A stretch of DNA of 62,806 bases from Pseudonocardia sp. (GTDB lineage Bacteria > Actinomycetota > Actinomycetes > Mycobacteriales > Pseudonocardiaceae), in NCBI GenBank assembly GCA_030451825.1, contig JAKDNL010000001.1:1-62806 (forward strand). The letters run 5' to 3'. The stretch's first letter is position 1. Every line of letters starts with the position of its first letter. Under the pieces are notes generated by a model, which saw nothing but the letters and a program-made list of their open reading frames with translations, was not told the DNA's origin and ran no database searches. Below are positions 28,537-37,723 of the stretch, in pieces. Both the position numbers and the translations under genes were made by a program.

Positions 28537-29520
28537 TCACCCTTCCGATCGGGACAGGACCCGCCGCTGCAGGACAGCCGGGCCACCGAGAACGCGTGCG
28601 GTCAGCAGGGCCCGCCGCAGGTGCAGATGGGCGGGGAACTCCCAGGTGATCGCCATCCCGCCGAAGACCTGGACCGCCGCTTCGACCACCTCGACCGCGA
28701 CCTCCGAGGCGTAGGCCTTCGCGACCAGCGCCGCTTCCTCGGCCTCGCGGCGGTCGTGGTCGGCGTCGAACAGCCAGCTCGCGTACACCAGCGAGCTGCG
28801 CATGGCCTCCACCTGCACGAAGGCCCGGGCACAGAGGTGCTGGACCGCCTGGAAGGTGCCGATCGGCCTGCCGAACTGGACGCGGGTGCCGGCGTAGGCG
28901 ACGGCCTCGTCGAGGATGCCGGAGGCCGTGCCGAGCAGGTCGGCCGCGAGCACCAGGTGGGCGAACGCGGTGACCCGCGACGCCGTGCCCGCCTCGACCG
29001 CGGTCAGGGTCCGCGACGAACCGGTGGCGAGCAGGGTCCGCGAGATGTCCGCCTGCGCGATCTCGGGTCCCGTCGCGTAGGCCACCACGGAACCGTCGAC
29101 CACCGCGAGGGCTCGAGCCGCCCCCGCCGCGTCCCAGACGACCGCGTCTCCCGGCTCGGCCCACGACTCCAGGTCGGCGCGCAACGCGACGGTGGCGGCA
29201 TCCCCGGTGTCCGGCACTCCGGTGGCGGCGAGGAGCTCGGCAGCGATCGTCGTACCGAGCAGGCCCGCACCACACGTCGAGCGGGCGAGCTCCTCGACGA
29301 CAATCCCGGCCTGCGTCGCCGTCGCGATCGGGGCGCCGTCCTCGTCCCGCGAACGCAGCTCGAGGAGACCGGCATCGGCCAGTGCCGCGCGACACCGGAG
29401 ATGGTCGCCGACCTCGGACGACCCGGACCGGCACCGCTCGGCGATGGCACCGGCGGTACCGCGCAGCAGGGAGTCCTCGTCGGAGCCGTCGAGGCTCCCC
29501 CGGTACGGAGCCGCGCTCAT
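28537..29520 (-). CDS. Acyl-CoA dehydrogenase, short partner subunit
   Basis: RVQFGRPIGTFQAVQH, QVFGGMAITWE; degenerate N-terminus; adjacent to a full ACAD. Confidence 0.88.
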   Translation of the reverse strand: MSAAPYRGSLDGSDEDSLLRGTAGAIAERCRSGSSEVGDHLRCRAALADAGLLELRSRDEDGAPIATATQAGIVVEELARSTCGAGLLGTTIAAELLAATGVPDTGDAATVALRADLESWAEPGDAVVWDAAGAARALAVVDGSVVAYATGPEIAQADISRTLLATGSSRTLTAVEAGTASRVTAFAHLVLAADLLGTASGILDEAVAYAGTRVQFGRPIGTFQAVQHLCARAFVQVEAMRSSLVYASWLFDADHDRREAEEAALVAKAYASEVAVEVVEAAVQVFGGMAITWEFPAHLHLRRALLTARVLGGPAVLQRRVLSRSEG

Positions 29521-30341
29521 CGGGTCCACCACTCCTTCGGCCTGGCCGCGCTCCGGTCGAGCCCGTCGGCGGCGATCGGGTTACCCACCTGCGTGTACAT
29601 CAGCGCCGTGGCCAGTGCCTGCGTCCTTCCCAGGTCGCGCGACTGCCACAGCGCCTTCACCGTGCCCTCGATCGCGGCGGCGGGAGACCTGGCCATCGCC
29701 GTCGCGAGCTGCAGCGCACGGGCCCGGAGCTCGTCCCGGGGCACAACCTCCGTCACCAGCCCGGTGGCCAGCGCCCGCTCGGCGGACATCCGTTCCGACA
29801 ACCCGAGAAGTGCCATCCGGGCGACGTCGGAGAAGTTCATGCGGTAGGACAGGGCGACCGGTTCCAGCGCCGCGACCATGCCGTACGAGACGTGCGGATC
29901 GAAGAACGTCGCTCCCGGCTCGCAGATGACGATGTCGCAGTCCGCGATCCAGTAGAAGGCCCCACCGGCGCACATGCCGTGCACCGCGGCGACGACCGGC
30001 TTCCACACCGCGTTGCGCTTCGGACTCAGCTCGTGCCCGGGATCCTCGCGCTCGGCGAACGGGGCCGCGCGGTCGAGCCACGGGCTCTCCTCGTCGGACA
30101 TCCGCTCGGTGACGTCGAGGCCGGTGGAGAAGGCCCGCTCACCGGCGGCCTGCAGGACGACCGAACGGACCGACCGGTCGGTCCGGACCGCGGCCCAGAG
30201 CCTCGCGAAGTCCGCGCGCATGGCCTCGTTGAACGAGTTGAGGACGTCCGGGCGGTTCAGCGTGACGACGAGGGCCCCCTCGGGTGCCCGATCGACGAGG
30301 ATCGTCGCGTAGCCGGTCGTGGACGTGGCGTCGGTGCTCAC
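29517..30341 (-). CDS. Crotonase-superfamily protein lacking both canonical glutamates
   Basis: LNRPDVLN, FSTGLDV, WKPVVAAVHGMCAGGAFYW, FFDPHV. Confidence 0.9.
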   Translation of the reverse strand: MSTDATSTTGYATILVDRAPEGALVVTLNRPDVLNSFNEAMRADFARLWAAVRTDRSVRSVVLQAAGERAFSTGLDVTERMSDEESPWLDRAAPFAEREDPGHELSPKRNAVWKPVVAAVHGMCAGGAFYWIADCDIVICEPGATFFDPHVSYGMVAALEPVALSYRMNFSDVARMALLGLSERMSAERALATGLVTEVVPRDELRARALQLATAMARSPAAAIEGTVKALWQSRDLGRTQALATALMYTQVGNPIAADGLDRSAARPKEWWTR

Positions 30342-30365
30342 GAACCGGACCCTAGCTTAGAGTTG

Positions 30366-30384
30366 TTATCTTTACTAGTATAAG
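30366..30384 (+). promoter_or_regulatory. Shared operator motif, copy 4
   Basis: TTATCTTTACTAGTATAAG in the divergent crotonase/SDR spacer. Confidence 0.65.
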
Positions 30385-30410
30385 CCGTCCACGACCTAGG
30401 AGTGCCGCTG

Positions 30411-31178
30411 ATGTCGCGTCCCGCCGACCTGTTCTCCCTCGAAGGCCGATCGGTGCTGCTGACCGGTGCGACCGCCGGTCTGGGGCGCAGGTTCGCACTG
30501 ACGCTGGCCGCCGCGGGCGCCCGGGTGGCCGTCGTCGGGCGGCGGAAGGACCTCCTGGAGGAGCTGTGCCGGGAGGCTCCGGGCTGCGTGCCCGTGCCGG
30601 CCGATCTGGCCGAGCCGGGGAACACCGGCGACGTCGTGGCGCGCGCGGTGTCCGAACTCGGTGAGATCGACGTCCTGGTCAACAACGCCGCCTATATCGC
30701 GGGCGGCGTCCGGGCCGAGGACGAGACACCCGAGCAGATCACGACGACGCTGAACGTCAATCTCGTCTCCCCCATCCGCATGACCCAGGAGCTGTTCCCG
30801 GCCTGGAAGGCGCGCGGCGCGGGGGTGGTCGTCAACGTGACCTCGATCGTCGCTCGCGCCGGGATCGCCCGGTTCCCGCAGGCCACCTACGCGGCGTCCA
30901 AGGGCGGTCTGGAGTCGATCAGCCGTGAGTGGGCAGCGCAGTGGGCCCGGCACGGGATCCGGATCAACTGCCTGGTGCCGGGGTTCTTCGAGAGCGAGAT
31001 GACCAGCGAGGTCATCCACCACGAGAAGGTGCAGTCCTGGATCCTGGGCAACACCCTGATCCCGCGACACGGGCAGGTCCAGGACTTCGACGGGGCCCTG
31101 CTCTACCTGGCCGGTGACGCCAGCGCCTACGTGACCGGCCAGACCCTGGTCGTCGACGGCGGCTGGACCGCGCACTAA
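30411..31178 (+). CDS. SDR-family oxidoreductase
   Basis: TGATAGLG, LVNNAA, YAASK, TGQTLVVDGGW. Confidence 0.92.
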   Translation: MSRPADLFSLEGRSVLLTGATAGLGRRFALTLAAAGARVAVVGRRKDLLEELCREAPGCVPVPADLAEPGNTGDVVARAVSELGEIDVLVNNAAYIAGGVRAEDETPEQITTTLNVNLVSPIRMTQELFPAWKARGAGVVVNVTSIVARAGIARFPQATYAASKGGLESISREWAAQWARHGIRINCLVPGFFESEMTSEVIHHEKVQSWILGNTLIPRHGQVQDFDGALLYLAGDASAYVTGQTLVVDGGWTAH

Positions 31179-31200
31179 CCCGGACCGGCCCAGATCGGTC

Positions 31201-31974
31201 TCAGGAGCCGGTCCACCTCGGCGGACGCTTCTCCGCGAACGCCGTGAGCCCCTCGGTGAAGTCGTTGGTCCGCGAGACGACGCGGCCGGCCTCGCGGGAC
31301 CGGGCCCATCCCTCGCTCTCCTCTGCCCAGGTGCCCTCCAGCATCACCGACCGCGACAGCTGGACCGCGACCGGAGCGTTCACGGTGATCCGCTCGGCGA
31401 GTGCCGTCGCACCCTCCAGAGCCTTGCCCTGCGCGGTCACCTCGTTGACCAGCCCGAGCTCGGCCGCCCGCGTCGCGGGGTAGGAGTCGCCGGTCAACGC
31501 CCATTCCATGGCGATCGCGAACGGGATCCGCCGGCCGAGTCGGAACAGCCCACCACCGGCGGCGACCAGGGACCGGCGCACCTCCGGAATGCCGAACGTC
31601 GCGGTCTCGGACGCGACGACCAGGTCGCAGGACAGCAGGATCTCGGTTCCCCCGGCGAGCGCGGGACCGTCCACCGCGGCGATCAGCGGCTTGGTCCGTT
31701 CCCGTCGGACCAGACCGGCGAACCCGCCCTTCTCGGTCCACAGGGACTTCACGTTGCCCCGGGCGACCTCTTTGAGGTCGGCTCCGGAGCAGAACACCGG
31801 CGGCGTCCCGGTCAGGATCGTCACCCAGAGCTCGTCGCGGGCCTCGACGTCGTCGATGGCCTCCTCGATCCTCTCGGCGACCTCCTGGTTGACCGCGTTG
31901 CGGGCTTCCGGCCGGTCGATCGTGATGACGGCGATGTGGCGTTCGGCGTCGGGCTCGTAGCGGACGACGGGCAT
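31201..31974 (-). CDS. Enoyl-CoA hydratase/crotonase
   Basis: DRPEARNA, FCSGADL, AGGTE, PEV, FAEKRPPRW; GAGGAGG RBS. Confidence 0.93.
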   Translation of the reverse strand: MPVVRYEPDAERHIAVITIDRPEARNAVNQEVAERIEEAIDDVEARDELWVTILTGTPPVFCSGADLKEVARGNVKSLWTEKGGFAGLVRRERTKPLIAAVDGPALAGGTEILLSCDLVVASETATFGIPEVRRSLVAAGGGLFRLGRRIPFAIAMEWALTGDSYPATRAAELGLVNEVTAQGKALEGATALAERITVNAPVAVQLSRSVMLEGTWAEESEGWARSREAGRVVSRTNDFTEGLTAFAEKRPPRWTGS

Positions 31975-32040
31975 GCAGACCTCCTCGGAACGGGCGACGA
32001 CCCGGGTGGACGTCGTGACGAAGTTACGCGACCAGAACCG

Positions 32041-32059
32041 CTCATCAGTGTAAAGTTAA
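32041..32059 (-). promoter_or_regulatory. Shared operator motif, copy 5
   Basis: Minus strand TTAACTTTACACTGATGAG upstream of GntR-2 and the divergent crotonase. Confidence 0.55.
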
Positions 32060-32121
32060 ACAGGAATCATCACACGACGACCCGACAGCAGACGTGGACG
32101 CGCCGACGGACGGGACCAGGC

Positions 32122-33003
32122 ATGACGGGGAGCACGGACCTCAGGCGACACACACGCGTGCAGCCGCGCCTGGCCGAACTCGTCGCGAGCGAACTGCGCG
32201 AGCAGATCCTCAACGGCGAGCACCCGAGCGGGCTCCTCCCGAAGCAGGACGACCTCGTGACGAGGTTCGGCGTCAGCGCGCCTCCGCTGCGCGAGGCGCT
32301 GCGGATCCTCGAGGGCGAGGGCCTGATCACCGTCCGCCGGGGCAAGGCCGGCGGGGCACTGATCCACATGCCGGACGGGGGGTCGGTCTCGCACGCCGTC
32401 GGCATGGCCCTGCAGGGCGACCAGGTTCACCTGCACGACCTCGGCGCCTCGATCCTGGTGATCGAGCCGACGTGTGCCGCCAGCTGCGCGCTGAGCGAGA
32501 TCGCCCGCGCCGCGCTGCGCCCCCTGGTGGAGGTCAACCTGCGGCAGACCGCGGAGGCGATCGGGGACGGGCCCGCGTTCACCGGCCGGGCACGGCAGTT
32601 CCACGACCTTGTGGTGGCCCAGACGCCGAACGCCACGACGCGGATCCTGGTGCGGAGCCTGGTCACGGTCTGGTCGGCGCAGGAGGAGACGTGGGCGCAC
32701 GAGTCCACCAGCCAGGGCAGGTACCCGACCAGACCGCTGCAGAAGAAAGCCCTCGACGCACACCGACGGATCGCCGAAAAGATCCTCGACGGCGACGCCG
32801 AGTCGGCCGAACGCGCCGCGAGGACTCATCTGGCGGCCACACACCAAGCCGTGCTGGCCCAGTTCGGGGACCGGATCGTCGATGCCTCGTCCGCCCGCGC
32901 GGTCCGGGGCCTGCGGGAGGAGACCGCACGACGCTCCCATGTCCCCCGGCCGCACTCCGGATCCGGGACGCGGGCGACCGTCACGCGGCTCACGGCGCGC
33001 TGA
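32122..33003 (+). CDS. GntR/FadR-family regulator (paralogue 2)
   Basis: LPKQDDLVTRFGVSAPPLREALRILEGEGLITVRRG; FCD domain; collinear with paralogue 1. Confidence 0.92.
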   Translation: MTGSTDLRRHTRVQPRLAELVASELREQILNGEHPSGLLPKQDDLVTRFGVSAPPLREALRILEGEGLITVRRGKAGGALIHMPDGGSVSHAVGMALQGDQVHLHDLGASILVIEPTCAASCALSEIARAALRPLVEVNLRQTAEAIGDGPAFTGRARQFHDLVVAQTPNATTRILVRSLVTVWSAQEETWAHESTSQGRYPTRPLQKKALDAHRRIAEKILDGDAESAERAARTHLAATHQAVLAQFGDRIVDASSARAVRGLREETARRSHVPRPHSGSGTRATVTRLTAR

Positions 33004-33011
33004 TCGCGCCG

Positions 33012-34511
33012 CTACCGTCGCGGGGCGGACAGCGCCGAGCGCAGCTCGCGCCGCAGGAGCTTTCCGGTCTCGCTGTAGGGCAGCGCGCTGCGGAACTCGA
33101 TGACGGCCGGGGTGCGCGAGGAGCGCAGCCGCTCGCGCACGAACGCCCGCAGCTGCTCGGGGTCGAGGTCCCGACCGTCACTCGCCACCACGAACGCGGC
33201 GACGGTCTCCCCCCACTCCTCGTCGGGCACCCCCACGACCGCGACCTCCTCGACGCCGGGGTGCTGCAGGAGCACGTCCTCGATCTCGCCGGGGCTGAGG
33301 TTCTCCCCGCCGCGGACGATGACATCGTCGGCCCGGCCGTCGACGAACAGGTACCCGTCGCGGTCGAGATGGCCGTGGTCGTGGGTACGGAACCAACCGC
33401 CGGAGTCCTTGACGTCGGCGCCCTCGTACTCGCCGGAGATCTGCTCGCCGCGCACGACGATCTCGCCGACGGCCCCGGCCTCCAGCTCCCGACCGTCCGG
33501 ATCGTGGATCTGCAGCTCGACGCCGGGCAGTGCACGCCCGACCGATCCCAGCCGCGCGGCGACGGCGGGGTCGTCGCTGGAGAAGGAGGTCCGGTGGTCC
33601 TCCGGGCCGAGCAGCGCGACGGTCGAGCTGGTCTCGGTCAGGCCGTACGCGTTCACGAACCCGACCTCGGGCAGGAGCTCCAGCGCACGCCGGACGACCG
33701 GCAGCGGCATCCGGCCACCCCCGTAGGAGAGGTGCCGCAGGTGCGGTAGCCGCACTCCCGTCCGCTCGATGACGTCGAGGATCCGTCCGAGCATGGTCGG
33801 CACGATCATCGCGTGGGTGACGGCCTCGGCCCGCGCGAGCTCCACCCAGCGCTGCGGGTCGAACTGCGCAAGGTAGATGAGGCGGCGTCCCGAGTAGACG
33901 TTCGACAGCACCGATGCCATGCCCGCGATGTGGTACGGAGGGACGCTGACCAGCGCTGCCTCGTCCTCGTCCGCGCTCATGAACTCCGTGGTGGACACGA
34001 CGTAGGAGGTGAGGTTGCGGTGTCGCAGCAGCACCGTCTTCGGCGCACCGCTGGTGCCGCTGGTGAACAACGCGATGGCGACGCCCTCGGTGTCGTCGGC
34101 GCCGCCGGCGTCACCGGCCGGTTCCGCCGTCGCCTCGGCGAGGAGCTCGTCGAGGGAGCGGAACTCCAGCCCGGGCACGTCCGCGATGCGCGGCGCCGTC
34201 CGCTCGTCGGCGACGACGACAGCGGGGCTGCACCTGTTCATCGCGTCGACCAGCCGGTCGTCGGCGAGCCGGTAGTTGACCGCGGTGAAGGTCGCTCCCG
34301 CCATCGCGCTACCGAACAACAGGGCGGGGATCGCGTCACTGTTTTCGGCGGCCAGCACGAGTCGCGCGGCGCCCCGCCCGGCGAGGGCGCGGGCGATCCG
34401 CGCCCCCGTGTCCTTGACCTGGGCATAGCTGGCCCCTGAGGTGGCCGGACCGACGGCGACCCGGTCTCCGAAGGTGTCGGCTGCCATGTCGAGCAGCAGG
34501 GTCAGGTTCAC
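33012..34511 (-). CDS. Acyl-CoA synthetase (class I adenylate-forming enzyme)
   Basis: LFTSGTSGAPK, PPYHIAG, NAYGLTET, GRADDVIVRGGEN, ETGKLLR. Confidence 0.93.
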   Translation of the reverse strand: MNLTLLLDMAADTFGDRVAVGPATSGASYAQVKDTGARIARALAGRGAARLVLAAENSDAIPALLFGSAMAGATFTAVNYRLADDRLVDAMNRCSPAVVVADERTAPRIADVPGLEFRSLDELLAEATAEPAGDAGGADDTEGVAIALFTSGTSGAPKTVLLRHRNLTSYVVSTTEFMSADEDEAALVSVPPYHIAGMASVLSNVYSGRRLIYLAQFDPQRWVELARAEAVTHAMIVPTMLGRILDVIERTGVRLPHLRHLSYGGGRMPLPVVRRALELLPEVGFVNAYGLTETSSTVALLGPEDHRTSFSSDDPAVAARLGSVGRALPGVELQIHDPDGRELEAGAVGEIVVRGEQISGEYEGADVKDSGGWFRTHDHGHLDRDGYLFVDGRADDVIVRGGENLSPGEIEDVLLQHPGVEEVAVVGVPDEEWGETVAAFVVASDGRDLDPEQLRAFVRERLRSSRTPAVIEFRSALPYSETGKLLRRELRSALSAPRR

Positions 34512-34546
34512 GGTGACGAGCTCCAGGACGGATCGGACGAGACGGG

Positions 34547-35506
34547 TTATCGGGTCAGCGACTGGTTCTCGGAACCGACCAGGCCGTCGCCGTAGAGGCC
34601 GGTGAACGGAACGTCGGTCATGGTCTGCAGCAACCGTGCCCGGGTCTGGGACAACCCCCAGGGGATCCGCCGGATCGGCTGGCTGTACCGCGAGAGCCAG
34701 CTCAGGTCGACCTCGTCGCAGAAGCCCACCGCACCGTGCATCTGGTGTGCGGTGCGGAAGACCGTCTCCGCGACCTCGAGTGCCGCCACCCGGCACGCGA
34801 GGACGTCGACGTCGGCACCGGGCTGCTGCGACAACACCGACCACAGGGTGTACTTGGTCAGCTCCTCGAACGCCTGGAACGACGTCGTGGTGTCGGCCAG
34901 ACGGAACTGCAGGGCCTGGAACGAGGCAATCGGCTCGCCGAACTGCCTGCGGTCGAGCATGTGCCGGCGGGTCACCGCGAGAGCGGTCTCCAGCATCCCG
35001 AGCAGCGTCCAGCAGGGCAGCAGCAACGCCAGCCGCGCGGACCCGTCGGGCTCAGGCTCCCCCAGCTCCACCTCGCTGACCAGGGCACCCAGCTTGGTCC
35101 CCAACGCCGGGCCCACCGAGACCACCGGCGCGCGGGAGCCCGCCCCGTCGGAGACGGCCCAGCGCAGGTCCGGGACCACGCCGACCAGGTTGACCCGCGC
35201 CGGGCCGGTGGCCACCGCGATCGCGTCGAACCCCTCGTCGGGGTCGGCGGCCAGGCGCTCCGCGACCGGGTAGGGCAGCGCCACCCGCCCGGCCGCCCGG
35301 CACACGGCCGCGGCCATCTCACCGTCGCCGGGCGAGGTACGCGGACGCAGGTCCCACACGTCGAGCTGGCCCAGCACCGCGGTGACGTCCGCGACGCCGG
35401 CGCCGGCCTCGGCGGCCCTGGCCAGATCCACCCCGCCCAGCCTGCGCAGAGCGGTGTCCATGACGCGCTCGAGCTCGAGCGCGTCCTCGGTCAGCTGTGT
35501 CTTCAT
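34547..35506 (-). CDS. Acyl-CoA dehydrogenase, short partner subunit
   Basis: RRQFGEPIASFQALQFRLAD, HQMHGAVGFCDE. Confidence 0.86.
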   Translation of the reverse strand: MKTQLTEDALELERVMDTALRRLGGVDLARAAEAGAGVADVTAVLGQLDVWDLRPRTSPGDGEMAAAVCRAAGRVALPYPVAERLAADPDEGFDAIAVATGPARVNLVGVVPDLRWAVSDGAGSRAPVVSVGPALGTKLGALVSEVELGEPEPDGSARLALLLPCWTLLGMLETALAVTRRHMLDRRQFGEPIASFQALQFRLADTTTSFQAFEELTKYTLWSVLSQQPGADVDVLACRVAALEVAETVFRTAHQMHGAVGFCDEVDLSWLSRYSQPIRRIPWGLSQTRARLLQTMTDVPFTGLYGDGLVGSENQSLTR

Positions 35507-35516
35507 CGCACCGTCC

Positions 35517-36668
35517 CTACTTCGTCCTCAGCAGCGACCGGGACAGCAGCAGCCGCTGCACCTCGATGCTTCCGGAGGCGACCGTGGCCGCCTGGGCGTA
35601 GCGCCAGTGGTCGTCGACGGCGCGGGCGAACAGGTCGGCGGGATCGGAGGCTCCCACCGCCCGTTCCTCGACCATGTCCATCAGGACCTCCGCGACCTCC
35701 TGGTCGGTCTGCGTCGCCGCGATGCGGTACGCCGCGGTGTCGGCCGGGTCGACCGTGCCGGTCTCGACGAGGTCGATCACGCGGTAGGCCAGCAGCCGAG
35801 CCTCGCGGACCCGGATGAGCGCGGTCACCCAGCGCTGCTTGAGCTCGTCGGGCAGGGTGGCCCAGCGGTCACCGAGCGCGGCGGGCGCGGCGTTGAGCAG
35901 GCGGTCGCAGCGGGCGTAGCGGGCGATGCCGACCCGCTCGAAGGCGAGTGCCTCGCGCACGATCGACCAGCCCGCGTCGACCTCGCCGAGGACGTCGGCC
36001 TGCGTGACCGGGACGCCCTCGAAGAAGACCTCGTTGAGATGGTGCGGCCCGACCATCGCATCGATCGGCACGACCTTGATGCCGGGACGGTCCATCGGCA
36101 CCAGGAAGATGGTGATCCCCTTGTGCTTCGCCGCGTCCCGGTTGGTCCGGGTCAGCAGGAAACACCAGTCCGCCATCGTCGCGTAGGACGTCCAGACCTT
36201 CTGCCCGTCGATCCGCCACCCGTCGCCGTCCGGGACGGCCGCGGTACGCAGCGACGCGAGGTCGGAACCGGCCTCGGGCTCGGAGAAGCCCTGGCACCAG
36301 ATGACCGTTCCGGCGGCGATCCGGCCGAGGTGCTCGGCCTTCTGCTGCTCGGTGCCGAACCGCATCAGCGCGGGACCGACCCAGTTCACGCCCATGTACT
36401 GGGCGCCGCGCGGCTCGAAGTGCGCCCACATCTCCTCGCGGACGACCGTCTGCTCCCACGGCGTGGCGTCGTAGCCGCCGAACTCGGCCGGCCATGCCGG
36501 GGTCAGCTGCCCCTTCCCCGCCAGGGTCCGGCAGAACGACTGCGCGACCTCGAGATCCTGGGGGTTCTTCGTGAAGGCACCCAGGAACGTCGGGGGAACG
36601 TGCTCACGCACCAGCGCCCGCAGCTCCGCCCGCAGCTCGGCGCTGCGCTCAGAGTCCGAGAACTCCAC
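35517..36668 (-). CDS. Acyl-CoA dehydrogenase, major subunit of a heteromeric ACAD
   Basis: WPAEFGG, WCQGFSEPEAGSDLASL, GQKVWTSYA, NEVFF, FERVG, TVASGSIEVQR. Confidence 0.93.
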   Translation of the reverse strand: MEFSDSERSAELRAELRALVREHVPPTFLGAFTKNPQDLEVAQSFCRTLAGKGQLTPAWPAEFGGYDATPWEQTVVREEMWAHFEPRGAQYMGVNWVGPALMRFGTEQQKAEHLGRIAAGTVIWCQGFSEPEAGSDLASLRTAAVPDGDGWRIDGQKVWTSYATMADWCFLLTRTNRDAAKHKGITIFLVPMDRPGIKVVPIDAMVGPHHLNEVFFEGVPVTQADVLGEVDAGWSIVREALAFERVGIARYARCDRLLNAAPAALGDRWATLPDELKQRWVTALIRVREARLLAYRVIDLVETGTVDPADTAAYRIAATQTDQEVAEVLMDMVEERAVGASDPADLFARAVDDHWRYAQAATVASGSIEVQRLLLSRSLLRTK

Positions 36669-36732
36669 CCTCACACCTCCGTCGTCGGCGCCGCACTGCA
36701 CGGCCGCTCCGAAGCAGCCTGACACAGAGACG

Positions 36733-36751
36733 TAATCTTTACAAGTATTGA
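36733..36751 (+). promoter_or_regulatory. Shared operator motif, copy 6
   Basis: TAATCTTTACAAGTATTGA upstream of the ACAD pair. Confidence 0.65.
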
Positions 36752-36761
36752 TGCTATTCGG

Positions 36762-37604
36762 TCAGGCGATGACGAATCCCGCGTCGACCGGGAGGGTCAC
36801 GCCGGTGACCGACCGCGACCGGTCGGAGGCCAGCCACAGCACCGCGTCGGAGATGTCCTGGGCGTCGACGCGGCCCCGGTGCATCGCGTCGGAGAAACCG
36901 CCCGCGACCCGCTTGACGTTGACCTCCACCCAGGCCTTCATCGCGGGGTTGTCGACCATCGGAGTGGCGACCGCCGTGGGATGGACCGTGTTGACCCGCA
37001 CGCCGGCCGGACCGAGGTCGTTGGCGTAAGCACGCATCAATCCGACCAGGCCGTGCTTGGTAGTGGTGTAGGCGTCGGAGCGGACGTCACCGCGGGACAT
37101 CCCCTTCAGTCCGGAGGTCGAGCTGATGATGATGATCGACCCGCCGCGGCCACCATCGACGATCGCGGACCGGGTGGCCTGCAACGTGTTCCAGGTACCA
37201 GTCAGGTTGATGGCCAGGTAGTCGGCCCAGATCTCGTCGATCGTCGCCGTCTCGGCCTCCGGCAGCCCCTGCGCGACACCGGCGTTCGCGACGACCACGT
37301 CGAGCCGCCCGAAGGTCGCCATCGCCTCGTCGACGGCGGCGACGAGCTCGTGCCGGTGCCGGACGTCGGCGACACGGGCGAGGCAGCGACCTCCGGCCTT
37401 CTCGACCAGCCGCACGGTCTCCGCCAGGTCCTCCTCGGTCGCCAGCGCGTAGGGCACGGTCGGGATCGGGGCGCACACATCCACGGCCACGATTGCGGCA
37501 CCCGCCTCGGCGAGTGTCACCGCGTGCGAACGCCCCTGGCCGCGCCCCGCACCGGTGATGAACGCGACCCGGTCCTGCAGGTCGAGCCGTGCAACCTCCG
37601 CCAT
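36762..37604 (-). CDS. Mycofactocin-coupled SDR (carveol dehydrogenase-like)
   Basis: ITGAGRGQGRSHAVTLA plus the diagnostic insertion DVCAPIPTVPYALATEEDLAET; YTTTKHG, NTVHPTAVATPM. Confidence 0.9.
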   Translation of the reverse strand: MAEVARLDLQDRVAFITGAGRGQGRSHAVTLAEAGAAIVAVDVCAPIPTVPYALATEEDLAETVRLVEKAGGRCLARVADVRHRHELVAAVDEAMATFGRLDVVVANAGVAQGLPEAETATIDEIWADYLAINLTGTWNTLQATRSAIVDGGRGGSIIIISSTSGLKGMSRGDVRSDAYTTTKHGLVGLMRAYANDLGPAGVRVNTVHPTAVATPMVDNPAMKAWVEVNVKRVAGGFSDAMHRGRVDAQDISDAVLWLASDRSRSVTGVTLPVDAGFVIA

Positions 37605-37628
37605 GTCCGGACCTCTCCTGTCGACTCA

Positions 37629-37647
37629 TAAATATTTACAAAGATTG
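37629..37647 (-). promoter_or_regulatory. Shared operator motif, copy 7
   Basis: Minus strand CAATCTTTGTAAATATTTA in the divergent SDR/PDR spacer. Confidence 0.65.
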
Positions 37648-37723
37648 TGTAGATGGTAGGATCGGCGCCCGGCCCCGTCAACGACGTACGGGAGCAGGGG
37701 ACCTCCGGCCCCGAGGAGGAGAC

